Source: a virus
Virus record (IMG/VR): IMGVR_UViG_3300050821_005814
Coordinates: 1 to 64,000 of that record
DNA: 64,000 bases
Reading direction: 5' to 3' (one strand)
Positions 28,101-36,993 of this stretch are shown in pieces (position 1 is the stretch's first letter; each line of letters begins with the position of its first letter). A model generated the notes under the pieces. It ran no database searches. It was given only the letters and a program-made list of their open reading frames with translations, and had not been told where the DNA came from. The translations under genes were made by a program, and so were the position numbers.

Positions 28101-30936
28101 AGTTCGTCTGGATCTGGCTGCTGCCGCCTGTGACTACGAACGTGCTCCCCGCATTGCTAAAGTTCATGACAGCAATGCTGCCGATACCATAGCTTGGGTC
28201 ACCGAACGTGATGTGCGTCCCGTTGCCGCCAGGCGACACGATTAAGTTCGTCGTATTAGCTGACTCAAATGCTGGTGCAAACGTCTTGTTCGCAATGGAT
28301 ATGACAGCGCTGCTGTTGCCAATGTTGATTGCAGTCGCAACGCCAGTACCAAGGTTCAACGTTGTAGGCGCACTCCAGGTCTCAGCAATCGTCAGCCCCG
28401 ATCCATGCCCATTGGATGCCGCATAGGTGCCTGAAGTCGTCGCACCATAACCAACATTCTTAAGCGCTATGCCGCCTGCTTGCACCACACCGCCAATGAC
28501 GTTGGTCAGGTTCCAGCTGTTGCCATTCGCGTCATACACATCCTCACCTTGGATGTAGTTGTTGCCGCCTGCGGCAACTGACGATGCAGTTAGCTGATTG
28601 CGCGTGACGTCAATCGTAGCGCCATTGGATAGCAGCGCGATGGTGAGCGCGCCCGATGACAACGCCCCTGTACCTGCGACATTGAACCCGGCTGATTGCA
28701 GGAAGTTACCCGTGAAGTGCACATCAGGCTGGCAATACCCGCAGGCGGATGCCATCGGCTTGAAGGGCACAGTGTTGTCAGAAGCGTTGGCCGTCTGGCG
28801 ATACTCGCCGATTTGCGTGCCGCCGGAATCACCGGGGTACTGTCCGTCCGGACGCCCAAACGCGACAAGATTCAAACCGCCGACAGTGCTACTCGCTGCG
28901 ACGTTGTTCTGACTTGAGATGCCGATGAAGGTGTCATACAGGCCGCCTTGAACCGCATCACCAGTCTCATTGATGAACGTCCTGATTGCCTTGTAGCTGA
29001 GCACTGATCCGCCAAGGACCTTGATATTGTCCTCGGCACCAAACGCGCCATAAGCTGTTGTGTTCGCAGCGACAACTGTCTGCACACCGCCTGCATAGTA
29101 CTTCGCTAATGGATTCGTGCATCCAGCACATCCAGCGAATAGCCAAGATGCTTGCGCGTTGATCGATGCGCCGCTGGCCATATTGCCGTTCTGGTTCATC
29201 TGTGAAAGGTTGCCGATGCGAGCACCAGCAAATGCACTGCCACCAAAGTTTGCATAGACAGCAGTATCGGCAATCGCTTGCACAGTTGAGTTCACGTTGT
29301 CTGTGGGGACCGTAAACTTCATGAAGGCATCCTGACCACCGCTATAGGTGCCTGTGAAGCTTGCGGAGAATAGCGCGGGGTAAGGAATGGTCGTGCTGCT
29401 CAGCGTATAGGTCGAGCCGGGCGAACGATAGAACTGCGCATTCAGTAGGTTGTTGACAGTAAGGACATGGCCGGTTGTACCATTGACGGGCAACCCAGCG
29501 GACGAGAAGGTCATCGTCGCTATGGAGCCAACGCCGAAGGACCCCGCGCCAAATTGAATGTTCTGATTCGTGCTACCAGGACTAATGATGAGCGCTTGAC
29601 CGCTTCCGCCTAGGATCGAGCCGTTAGACCCTGTCGCATTGAACGTCGCAACGCCGTTGAACGTGGCACCATTCGTTACGGTCAGCCCTGTGCCTGACCC
29701 CGTGAAGGATGCAGCACCATTCGCGGACAACGTAGTGAATGCGCCAGTCCCTGGCGCTACATTGCCGATCGGCAGGGGTGACGAGAAGAGCGCTGTAATC
29801 CCAGTGCCTGTTACAGCGCCGCTTGCAGTCAACGTTGTGACGTTCGCGGCTGCTGGTACGCTCCCGCCTAGCACTGCGTTGTCGATTGTGCCGCCAGACA
29901 TTGTTGGCACGCTAAGCGTGAGACCTGCGATCGTTGTCGTCGTCGCGCCCAGCGTCAATGCAGTGCTGCCAAGCGTCAACCCCGCATTCGCCAACCCTGC
30001 ATTCGCTAGCGACCCATTGGTCACATGCGATAGATTGCTCACTGTCAGGGCGCCTGCATTATTGAGCGATGCGTCACCCGTGACAGCAACAGGCGTTGCT
30101 ATACCGAAGTTGTTTCCGATGAGGATGTCCGCATTGGCAAGGGCGCTCCCTTGCGGCGTGTACCCCAATGCCCCTGTGACATCACCGGACGTCAGCGTCA
30201 CAGCTCCCATGCGGCCAAACACGCTGACGACGTTAGCTGCAAGGTTGCCAAGCGAGCTTGTAAGCCCAGCACCGACACTGAGTGTCGCAAGCGCGCCCAA
30301 CCCCGACACGTCGGCGGCAGTCGGTTGCGTCAAATGCGCGTTACCGGCCGTGTCAATGTACGCGACAAATTGATGGGTGACGGGCGCGATTGCTTCGATC
30401 CCGCCCAAGCTCGACAATGTCGGGAGCGGCAAGTCTGCGCCAACGAGCAAGCGGAAGCTAGGCGCGCCGCCAGACCCCGCCGGCGCTCCATAAAAGCTGT
30501 TCTGCGATTGCGCAGCGGACAGCGTCAATGATTGCGCTGTGATCGTCGTCGCTTTGATGGTGTTTGGCGTTGTGATGCCAAGGGGCGGCGGCGTTGCGAA
30601 ATAGTTGATAAAGCCTGCTCCGCTGACAACACCTGACGCGGACAGCAGCGTGAACAACCCTTGATTGGGAACTGATCCGCCGATGACGCCAGGCGATCCC
30701 CAGGTGCCGCCCTGCAATGTCGCAGCGTCAAATGATCCGCCAGCTATCGCGTCAGCGATTTGCTGCACCGTGAATGCGACTGTCAGCCCGTTCTGCGCCC
30801 CTTGGATCAAATCCTGCGGGTTCACAGTCGTGACACGCTGACACGTCTGCGGCCATGCGCCAGTGCACGAGGCTTCCGCCCCATGCGCCGCGCACAAGCC
30901 TGCTAGCACGATCAATGCTGCTCGCAACCAACGCAT
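25129..30936 (-). CDS. Giant tail-fibre-like protein (1935 aa) with signal peptide
   Basis: MRWLRAALIVLAGLCAAHGAEA|; fibre motifs VVSVFGRMGAVTL, PSFRLLVGADLP, WQQSTAY..G, GTGYTSLPTITVTG. Confidence 0.75.
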   Translation of the reverse strand: MRWLRAALIVLAGLCAAHGAEASCTGAWPQTCQRVTTVNPQDLIQGAQNGLTVAFTVQQIADAIAGGSFDAATLQGGTWGSPGVIGGSVPNQGLFTLLSASGVVSGAGFINYFATPPPLGITTPNTIKATTITAQSLTLSAAQSQNSFYGAPAGSGGAPSFRLLVGADLPLPTLSSLGGIEAIAPVTHQFVAYIDTAGNAHLTQPTAADVSGLGALATLSVGAGLTSSLGNLAANVVSVFGRMGAVTLTSGDVTGALGYTPQGSALANADILIGNNFGIATPVAVTGDASLNNAGALTVSNLSHVTNGSLANAGLANAGLTLGSTALTLGATTTTIAGLTLSVPTMSGGTIDNAVLGGSVPAAANVTTLTASGAVTGTGITALFSSPLPIGNVAPGTGAFTTLSANGAASFTGSGTGLTVTNGATFNGVATFNATGSNGSILGGSGQALIISPGSTNQNIQFGAGSFGVGSIATMTFSSAGLPVNGTTGHVLTVNNLLNAQFYRSPGSTYTLSSTTIPYPALFSASFTGTYSGGQDAFMKFTVPTDNVNSTVQAIADTAVYANFGGSAFAGARIGNLSQMNQNGNMASGASINAQASWLFAGCAGCTNPLAKYYAGGVQTVVAANTTAYGAFGAEDNIKVLGGSVLSYKAIRTFINETGDAVQGGLYDTFIGISSQNNVAASSTVGGLNLVAFGRPDGQYPGDSGGTQIGEYRQTANASDNTVPFKPMASACGYCQPDVHFTGNFLQSAGFNVAGTGALSSGALTIALLSNGATIDVTRNQLTASSVAAGGNNYIQGEDVYDANGNSWNLTNVIGGVVQAGGIALKNVGYGATTSGTYAASNGHGSGLTIAETWSAPTTLNLGTGVATAINIGNSSAVISIANKTFAPAFESANTTNLIVSPGGNGTHITFGDPSYGIGSIAVMNFSNAGSTFVVTGGSSQIQTNSLYAGVGGTLTFSGTQAGIGTQYGFLESLNLAGSVSSGTIAANKIVINQDISAIPNASQGATWFLIGGAYGGAPWQQSTAYVTGNNRAANGNYYTETAASCTSSSSGTGPTGTGTGIADGTCTWNYVSLNGSGSRSAQNVSLNIQSFIGSTSDTGRQWQAQVLTTAISANQGGTAPNGGSSAGFVYAGGDQMWCFAGATNLSGCAGREIDVGIYTGASAATRYGLHVVGYGNLQGNEIDQAISVTGGTAPFNLVYAVGGGNTFAATAGGTLFGYNPGAPDQFSGFGSYVNPQTGRGIDLSGVEFTDSAFRLTGGFKVSNLGQLLVQSMKISTSGSTATIDVGGGEVNAATVPSGVTGTNYRSTDHLYDPSTGTILSISVNGSNQIVGYTIVTPGHYASAAPTNPVTLLGGTGTGAQVNFAYAIANAIGVGTTSATATNIGNASAVTNFAGESTWAHIAAGPTIARTGNGAVLSNANPTAWLSETGFVTGSITSGTAFAWNARISDSFTSTSTNAPQLFNLEDDIAPNGSVAVGNRIGLNAFVNILGNAQTRGTFTGVIASGLLTVSAYSGSPLLIGQTITYSGAPVPLTIVSFGTGTGGNGTYNLSQSISASSQSMTAVGTHTNPGIDQAINTAIWIQSNEGGSATVYQGAHTTYGSYCEELAGTSFVHGCANYENDLLAVSGVTYMRNTQGLYVHIGGSTPNAALGALGPDLGLVWGEQSGVVVTGYKCIMCLGQEYGGFPNNAFGAIIQSQGGPGSSLGSAVDVASTTFSNCDYRAPHIVACTIQATGITGNTRLTSNGQAASSYIYNVYRPLGGTGYTSLPTITVTGCTGAIVNGDLGAGGTLGNIGVNNPGTGCVAEATAAVSGGGGSGATVTLQIAGNTLNFPPHSTVNVVCTVAATSLNHGGSDAIGWHVAFGAQMGATASTTQIIGLPTSWTQDYATSSAGGRISIAAPAADTTLGAIDLEITPTVNTWDIGGRCTMTRSSQI

Positions 30937-30964
30937 GAAGCGCTGCCCCTTTAAGAAGAAAAGC

Positions 30965-31633
30965 TCAAACGATGAAGAACCCGGCTGCTAGTCCGCCAGG
31001 TTGAATTTGAATTGCACCTGCATCACCACCAAGCTGCCAACCACCAGCTCCCGCCATGCGCGCAAAGCGAATGAAACGGCGACCGAATGAGGTTGTGTTC
31101 CAATGCCCAGCGTTCGTTTCCATCGCGTCAGCGGAGAACGACACGGACGCACCCCCTAGCGACTTGCTTGAGATCGGCCCCGCATTAGTGTTCTGTCCGC
31201 GTTCGACACGCTCTGCATCGAGTTCATCGATCAGGAGGAAGTGCGCAGCGAACAGCTCCTGCCCCAATGTCCAGTAGTCCGCCCACACGTTTGCAGGCAG
31301 CACGTTACCGGCGAGTGTCAGGTACATGGAGAGCGTTGAGTCCTGATACTTCTCCGGATCCTTGAATGCAGGGAAGTCCTGGCGGAAGCGCGCGTTGCTT
31401 ATGTATGGTGAGCTCGGCGTCGCTGGATTCTGCAGCACCATTGCAGTCGGACTGGCAATCGTCTGCGCGATCGTGACGTGATAGGTGCCGGTCTCACCAT
31501 CAGCTGTCAAAAAGCCATCGATCTTTGTCGACGCTGCTGCACCTGACGTGATGGTCGCGCCGGCATAGATCTGACTGTCAGTCGCTGTGACAGTCAGCAC
31601 ATACTCTTGGATCGTGCCAGTGATGTTCGGCAT
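30965..31633 (-). CDS. Head-to-tail adaptor (DUF4054-like) with N-terminal fibre-type extension
   Basis: FRQDFPAF.D..KY, ELFAAHFL, SSKS.G..SVS, AGHWNTTSFGRRF motifs. Confidence 0.8.
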   Translation of the reverse strand: MPNITGTIQEYVLTVTATDSQIYAGATITSGAAASTKIDGFLTADGETGTYHVTIAQTIASPTAMVLQNPATPSSPYISNARFRQDFPAFKDPEKYQDSTLSMYLTLAGNVLPANVWADYWTLGQELFAAHFLLIDELDAERVERGQNTNAGPISSKSLGGASVSFSADAMETNAGHWNTTSFGRRFIRFARMAGAGGWQLGGDAGAIQIQPGGLAAGFFIV

Positions 31634-32434
31634 TTAGGTAGCTCCGGCTGTCCAACCAGGCGCTGATCCAGGGGGCGGCGTACCACTCGGTTCTGCCCCC
31701 GCACCGCTTTCCATGTCGTCATCCTGTGCCTGGCGATGCCTGCGGATGGTATCGCGAATGCGCGCTACAGCATCAGCATTGATCGCGTAGCCCGTCGAGT
31801 TCTTCTTGTTGCCGAACCACGACTCAGCCCCAACGCTACTGGACTCACTACCCGCTGCATCCCACTCAGCATTATGCGTCGCGGGAATGCTGCCCCAGGT
31901 GCCGCCCTTCATGCTGCCGAGCGCATCACGAATGCGATCACGTCCCTTACTGCGGCGCAACCGATCACGCAGTAGCTTGATGCCGCTACCCTTCGTGAAC
32001 ACGTCGAGTAGTCCTGTGCGATAGAAAATTGGACCTTCGCGTCCCCCTTCCCATGACATCTCGAGCGCGGGATTTGATCCCCAGTTGCTACCTTCCCTTA
32101 TCATCGGCGGGTCGATATCACGCGTACGACGGTCGCCAGTACCAAATGCCGCTTGCGGGTTGTCTTCGCGCGAACCCTCCTGCATATCATCCTGCATACG
32201 CTTCGCACGCTTCAGGAATGCATCACACATTGCTGCTGTCGACGCGGACGGGGGAGGACCTGCGACGAGATCACCAAGCAAGCTCTGCCACAGCGCCCAA
32301 GGACCGCCCTGCGAGTCGACGCCAGTGATCGTCCCCTTGTTCTTCGATGCGTAGAACACGGACGTGCCTTCCTTCTCGCCATACTGGCTGCGCATGGATC
32401 GAAGTATCTTACGTCCCTTGGCTGACAATGGCAT
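31634..32434 (-). CDS. Hypothetical head-associated protein
   Basis: N-term MPLSAKGRKILRSMRSQYGEKEGTSVFYASKNKGTITGVD, a recurrent phage head-region motif; many R-x-D segments. Confidence 0.6.
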   Translation of the reverse strand: MPLSAKGRKILRSMRSQYGEKEGTSVFYASKNKGTITGVDSQGGPWALWQSLLGDLVAGPPPSASTAAMCDAFLKRAKRMQDDMQEGSREDNPQAAFGTGDRRTRDIDPPMIREGSNWGSNPALEMSWEGGREGPIFYRTGLLDVFTKGSGIKLLRDRLRRSKGRDRIRDALGSMKGGTWGSIPATHNAEWDAAGSESSSVGAESWFGNKKNSTGYAINADAVARIRDTIRRHRQAQDDDMESGAGAEPSGTPPPGSAPGWTAGAT

Positions 32435-32486
32435 CGCTCTATTCCCTCAAAGGAAAAACTGCGCCAGTCTCCCAGCGCAGTTGTAC

Positions 32487-33047
32487 TCAGGTGTTGGTGA
32501 AGTTGGAGTCGCTCTCCTCCAACGCCACGCGCGTTCGCTTTTGACGATTGCGCTTCAGGTCGTCAGCGGCCTGAATCTCCTCTTGATCAAGCGCTGCCTG
32601 AATGCGCTGCCGTCGCGTCGCCTCATGCCGCTTCTCTTCCTGGTCCTTGATCGTGCCAGGCGCGGGAGGAATTGGCGGGGGAGGGTTGTCGGTATGCGCG
32701 AGTAGGTAGAAGTGACTCGCGTCCTTCTCCGACACGTCATAGTAACCCGGCAACCCGCAGTTCGTTCCCTTGGGATCGAACAACTCCTGCGTATGGTCCT
32801 CCCTGTTCAGCATGAAGCGCGAGACAATATGCACGCGCGTCATGCCCTCTGGCGTTGGGACCTGATCAGCAGGCACCTCCTGCTCCTGCGCAGCGTCTTG
32901 CGCGCTCTCAGAGGCGGTAGCGGCAGCGTTTGCCGCATTGCCTGCACCAGCCTGGGGGTCCGGCTGCGTCTGCACCGCGGGATCACCTCCCCCCTCATTG
33001 GGCGGCGCTCCACCCTGACCTGCGCCGCCCTGCGGTTCGTCTGCCAT
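32487..33047 (-). CDS. Hypothetical protein downstream of major capsid
   Basis: 186 aa; AGGAG RBS; low-complexity N-term, coiled C-term. Confidence 0.6.
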   Translation of the reverse strand: MADEPQGGAGQGGAPPNEGGGDPAVQTQPDPQAGAGNAANAAATASESAQDAAQEQEVPADQVPTPEGMTRVHIVSRFMLNREDHTQELFDPKGTNCGLPGYYDVSEKDASHFYLLAHTDNPPPPIPPAPGTIKDQEEKRHEATRRQRIQAALDQEEIQAADDLKRNRQKRTRVALEESDSNFTNT

Positions 33048-33076
33048 GCTCGTTACTCCTTTCGCAGTTTGACCCC

Positions 33077-34156
33077 TCAGATGCCGTCCGCGTACTGCAT
33101 CGTCTCAGGGTACACGAGCTCGATGACGCCCAAGCGGCCCCAGTACTCAACGACCTGATGAAGGCCGCGGAACTGAATGGGGGTACGCTGTAGCGGCACG
33201 AGCGGATAGCGCACACGGTCCTTGTCCTTCGTGTACGCGACCATGCGGTTGGTACCGCCAGCCCCTAGGCCCGGCAGCCATTTGACTGGCTGAATGTCCA
33301 GCTCGCGCCCATAAGAAGAGTTGGTGATGCTGTTCTTCTTGATGTACTCGATGATGGAGATATTGCCGGCGTTCGACACCTTCTGCGACGACAAGGTGCT
33401 GAAGTGGATCGGCGGCAGTCGCAGGTGCGTGGGGATCAACGCATATCCAGCGTTCGTCCAAGCCTGCGTCAACAGGAAGTTTACGTCGGCGACGATTTCG
33501 TCTGGCGACTTTGTGATCACACCAGTCGCTGTCACCCACGTCGTTACGCCTTGTGTGCCAAGCGGCACGTTGTAGGGCGTCACGAGCGCGCTGTTGAACA
33601 TGCCCGTCTTGTTGTAGTCGGTATCACCGACATACACCATCTGGTCGATGTCCATCTGGTACTTGAGCTTCATGCCCGCGTACTTCTGCTGATCAACCGG
33701 ACGACCGGTCTTCTCAGCCGACTGCAGTTCGGGCAACGTCCACTTCAGTTCGGTGCCCCACAGCAGCAGCGGGTTGACGACCTTGCCGATGTCCAGCGAG
33801 ATGCCGGAGATCGCAGTCGACTCCTTGCCGATCCAGTTCTTACCGGCCGGGTTGATACCACCAGGCGCGGCGAAGGTCGAGATCGTGTAGGACGAAAACT
33901 CGTCCGCTGCTGTCACGTCTTCCCGCAGATCGATGTCACGACCCCAGGAGACCTGAACGAGGGGCTCATGCAGAGTCTGGTCGAGCCGCTCAAGTTCGCC
34001 GATGAGAAACGCACCCGTACTGTCGATCGTCATCTGGGTGGCTGCATCGTAAGTCATCATCTGGTCCTTCGTGAACTGTCGCACACGAGGACGGATGATT
34101 GCTGGGCGTGAAAGCATGGTCGTATCCGCATACTCAATGCGGCGGAGATTGCTCAT
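33077..34156 (-). CDS. Major capsid protein (DUF2184/encapsulin-like HK97 fold)
   Basis: DSTGAFLIGELERLDQTLHEPL..WGRDIDLREDV, GRPVDQQK, DIDQMVYVGD, YWGRLG.IE.VYPET motifs. Confidence 0.92.
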   Translation of the reverse strand: MSNLRRIEYADTTMLSRPAIIRPRVRQFTKDQMMTYDAATQMTIDSTGAFLIGELERLDQTLHEPLVQVSWGRDIDLREDVTAADEFSSYTISTFAAPGGINPAGKNWIGKESTAISGISLDIGKVVNPLLLWGTELKWTLPELQSAEKTGRPVDQQKYAGMKLKYQMDIDQMVYVGDTDYNKTGMFNSALVTPYNVPLGTQGVTTWVTATGVITKSPDEIVADVNFLLTQAWTNAGYALIPTHLRLPPIHFSTLSSQKVSNAGNISIIEYIKKNSITNSSYGRELDIQPVKWLPGLGAGGTNRMVAYTKDKDRVRYPLVPLQRTPIQFRGLHQVVEYWGRLGVIELVYPETMQYADGI

Positions 34157-34217
34157 AACCTTTACCTCTCAATGACTGTTGGACGAAACGACTGCCGCTC
34201 AAGCAGCCAAGGTTGAA

Positions 34218-34745
34218 TTACGGGATACGACCGTTGAAGCTGATCTCCGTGAAGCCGCTTGCATCAGCCGGCCCCATGAAGGTGCAGCCATCGACTGCGA
34301 AACCACTGCCGCCAGGGTTCGCAGCCTCCCAACCGCCGGTGATATGCGTACCAGACGGCGCAGCGGTCCAGACATAGACCTGACCGCCTTTCACGGCGGC
34401 TGTCGACCCTGACAGCAGCACGCTGATGTACCCCTCGCGCAGAATGTCGCAGGGACCCTGCAAGCCAGGCGGCGACCCACCACCGAAGCCATCCTGCGGC
34501 CATGCCGACGACTGCGTCGGATAGGGACGCGCAAGAATGCCATAGACATGCGTGTCAGCAGCCTGCAGCGTGCGCATGTTGCCGACATTGCCTGCCGTCG
34601 CGTCGACAACCATTGGTACGCCATAGCCCGTCGGCGCACCAGTCGTACCTGCTGGCGTGATGACCTGCGCCTCAATCGTCGCAGCCCAAACGCGATTCAC
34701 TTCGCCAACGATGCCCGCTGGCATGCGAGTCAAAAATGCAGTCAT
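34218..34745 (-). CDS. Capsid decoration/cement protein
   Basis: RMPAGIVG.V.R, G..ARPYP, LREGYISV, KGGQVYV, FMGPADASG..EISF motifs; between protease and MCP. Confidence 0.8.
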   Translation of the reverse strand: MTAFLTRMPAGIVGEVNRVWAATIEAQVITPAGTTGAPTGYGVPMVVDATAGNVGNMRTLQAADTHVYGILARPYPTQSSAWPQDGFGGGSPPGLQGPCDILREGYISVLLSGSTAAVKGGQVYVWTAAPSGTHITGGWEAANPGGSGFAVDGCTFMGPADASGFTEISFNGRIP

Positions 34746-34795
34746 GATCCTTACCTACTCTCCAATGAATGTGAAGACTCGTAGCCGCGGTAGTC

Positions 34796-36400
34796 TCAGG
34801 CGGTGCCGTATGCCTTTCTGTTCATCTCGTTGATGGATGCGACAGTCTTGGCAGCAGTGTCAGCAGTACGACCGCCGCCGAACGTGTGCGCTGAGTTCTG
34901 CATGCCAGCCATCGTTGACGCTGCATTGAATGCGATCGAAATCGCGTCACACGTCCATGCAGTGTCATTGAACGCCGGACGGCGCGTGCCGATGACATCC
35001 TTGACGACCTGCTGCGTCTTCTCCGCCTTGTAGGCAGCATCGAGCACGCGACGCTTGAAGCTGCACATTGCGTCGAATGTCTTGTTGGCAGCCGCGTCCG
35101 CAACAAACGTCGGGAACGTCATGCCTGGCACAAGCTTCTCCGCTTTGGAGACCATGTCATCGAATGGTGCGCGCAGGTTGGTCGAATCACCGACCGCTGC
35201 CCGGCGACGGCGATCGCTTGTACCGCTTGCACGCGGCAAGCTTGGTATATGGCGACCATAGGCTTCGCTGACATCGATCTCGGTCCAACCTTCGGAGTCT
35301 TCCGCCTCCTCCTTGTTGCGCTCACGCCGACGACCGGACTCTTCTTCGCCCTCGAGCTCGCTCTCCGACTCGTCACGCATGCGCGCATCGCGGCTGCGAC
35401 GGTCACGCGTGCGCCGACTGCGATCACGCGTACGCCGGCGATCGCCCATCTCTTCGCGATCGCCGTCCTCGTCATCGTCGTCGTCGGGTTCCGCCCCTTC
35501 CTCCTGCGCGAGCATCGTCAGGATCTTCTCGATCGCATCGAGACGCTGCAAGACATTCGCCATGGGGTCACCGCCAGCAGCAGCGCCGCCTGCGGCAGCA
35601 CCGCCACCTTCCTCGGCATCGTCAGCAGGACGCTCAACAGCACCCCCGCCATTATGCAGGTGCACGTGAACCCCGCCCCCGCTCTCGCCGCCCATCATCT
35701 CATCCGAGATGATCTCACCAAGCATCTCAGGGTCGTGCTCAGCCTCTGTCACGGCAGCGAGGGCGTCGACAACGCTACCCCGCTTGACAGCCCTGCGAAA
35801 CCGATCCATGAAACGCGCACGCTGAACAGACTTTGGAAGTGCCATAGCTTGATCTCCAATTGCACAATGAGGACCGCACCGCCCCCTGTCGACGAGTGCG
35901 ACGTGGTTGCCGACAATGTTGAGGCAGCGTGCGCGGCCGGGCCCAAGCTGCTCATACTCTGCGTCGTATCCGGCCGAAATCTCCTTCTTGCCTGAGTTGA
36001 TTGCCTCAATCGCCTTCTTGTTGGTGACCAGGATGTCACCGAACATGAAGTCGTTGTCATACTGCAGCCCATCGCCACGACGGGGATTGAGGATGGTCCC
36101 CATTTGATAGTCGTGGCAGTTGTCGGGCGTCAGCATACCAATGGGAGGGTGGTCGTCAACGAACGGTTTCCCATTGTAGCTCGCAAGCGTCTGAGGCGCG
36201 AACACCTCCTCCGCATCGCGTTCGACTATAATCAGCCCATCCTTCCCAGCCTCGACTGCCGGGAGTTCATTTGCTGCATAGACTTGTGTGCCAATGCGCG
36301 CGATTGGCACATCCGTGATCAGCAAGAACCCCTCAGGCGTCAGAGCCCTATGGTCGGAGAGCGTCGAGGTTACATAGAACCTCTGCGTTGGCCCTGCCAT
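34796..36400 (-). CDS. Prohead protease/scaffold (DUF2213-like)
   Basis: TPEGFL...PIARIG, GKPFVDDHP, KKEISAGYD, GNHVALVDRGRCGP.CAIGD, then acidic/R-D-rich scaffold region. Confidence 0.9.
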   Translation of the reverse strand: MAGPTQRFYVTSTLSDHRALTPEGFLLITDVPIARIGTQVYAANELPAVEAGKDGLIIVERDAEEVFAPQTLASYNGKPFVDDHPPIGMLTPDNCHDYQMGTILNPRRGDGLQYDNDFMFGDILVTNKKAIEAINSGKKEISAGYDAEYEQLGPGRARCLNIVGNHVALVDRGRCGPHCAIGDQAMALPKSVQRARFMDRFRRAVKRGSVVDALAAVTEAEHDPEMLGEIISDEMMGGESGGGVHVHLHNGGGAVERPADDAEEGGGAAAGGAAAGGDPMANVLQRLDAIEKILTMLAQEEGAEPDDDDDEDGDREEMGDRRRTRDRSRRTRDRRSRDARMRDESESELEGEEESGRRRERNKEEAEDSEGWTEIDVSEAYGRHIPSLPRASGTSDRRRRAAVGDSTNLRAPFDDMVSKAEKLVPGMTFPTFVADAAANKTFDAMCSFKRRVLDAAYKAEKTQQVVKDVIGTRRPAFNDTAWTCDAISIAFNAASTMAGMQNSAHTFGGGRTADTAAKTVASINEMNRKAYGTA

Positions 36401-36401
36401 C

Positions 36402-36797
36402 TCAGCTATTCGCTACGACAGCAATGGGATTCGTCAGGTTGGCAACGCTCGCCGCACCATTGACGATTGAAATCTTGAGGCTCTGCGCAACGACAGTCAG
36501 CTTCGTGTCGCTGATGAATGCTGTCGCCGCTACGAGCGCTGCTGTGATTGCTGCGCCGTTGTTGATGTTGCCCAACACATCTAAGCACGGCTGGATGGTA
36601 AGCGTCCCCGCATTCGACAGCGTGCCGCCAATCGCAATGTGCGGGTTGCCGCCAGTAGCAACGACAACAGGGCCGAAGGTGCCGCTCGCCGCAATCGTCG
36701 CTGGCCAGGGGATGACGCCGGGTGCCGCGACAGTACCGCTATTCAATTGAATAGCAGCAGCGCTCGCGATCAAGCGCGCTGAAACCGATTCGCTCAT
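36402..36797 (-). CDS. Hypothetical small beta-rich protein
   Basis: 131 aa ORF in head operon, abutting protease gene. Confidence 0.55.
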   Translation of the reverse strand: MSESVSARLIASAAAIQLNSGTVAAPGVIPWPATIAASGTFGPVVVATGGNPHIAIGGTLSNAGTLTIQPCLDVLGNINNGAAITAALVAATAFISDTKLTVVAQSLKISIVNGAASVANLTNPIAVVANS

Positions 36798-36817
36798 GGA
36801 ATGCTCACCCTATGGTG

Positions 36818-36866
36818 AAAAGAGGAGGGGTAGCGTGACGGGTGCCGCTAACCCGCACTACCCCTC
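36818..36866 (-). terminator. Putative intrinsic terminator inside late arm
   Basis: GAGGGGTAG (36825-33) / CTACCCCTC (36858-66) stem, followed on minus strand by CTCTTTT. Confidence 0.5.
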
Positions 36867-36993
36867 AGAAGCGGCGTGGCAACCCCCGAGTATCGATCGG
36901 GGTAGTCGAGGAAGGAGAAAACAGGACGCCAGCAGCATGCAGGTGCCGTGCAACCCACTGCTGACTAAGACCACGGCTTCAGCGTAGGATGCG

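Noticed and set aside
12587-30531. Many long plus-strand ORFs (e.g. 14840-15991, 20819-21745, 22502-23455, 29639-30373)
   Set aside because: Antisense shadows of Thr/Ala/Gly-rich minus-strand genes; V/P/A-biased, with no recognisable motifs.
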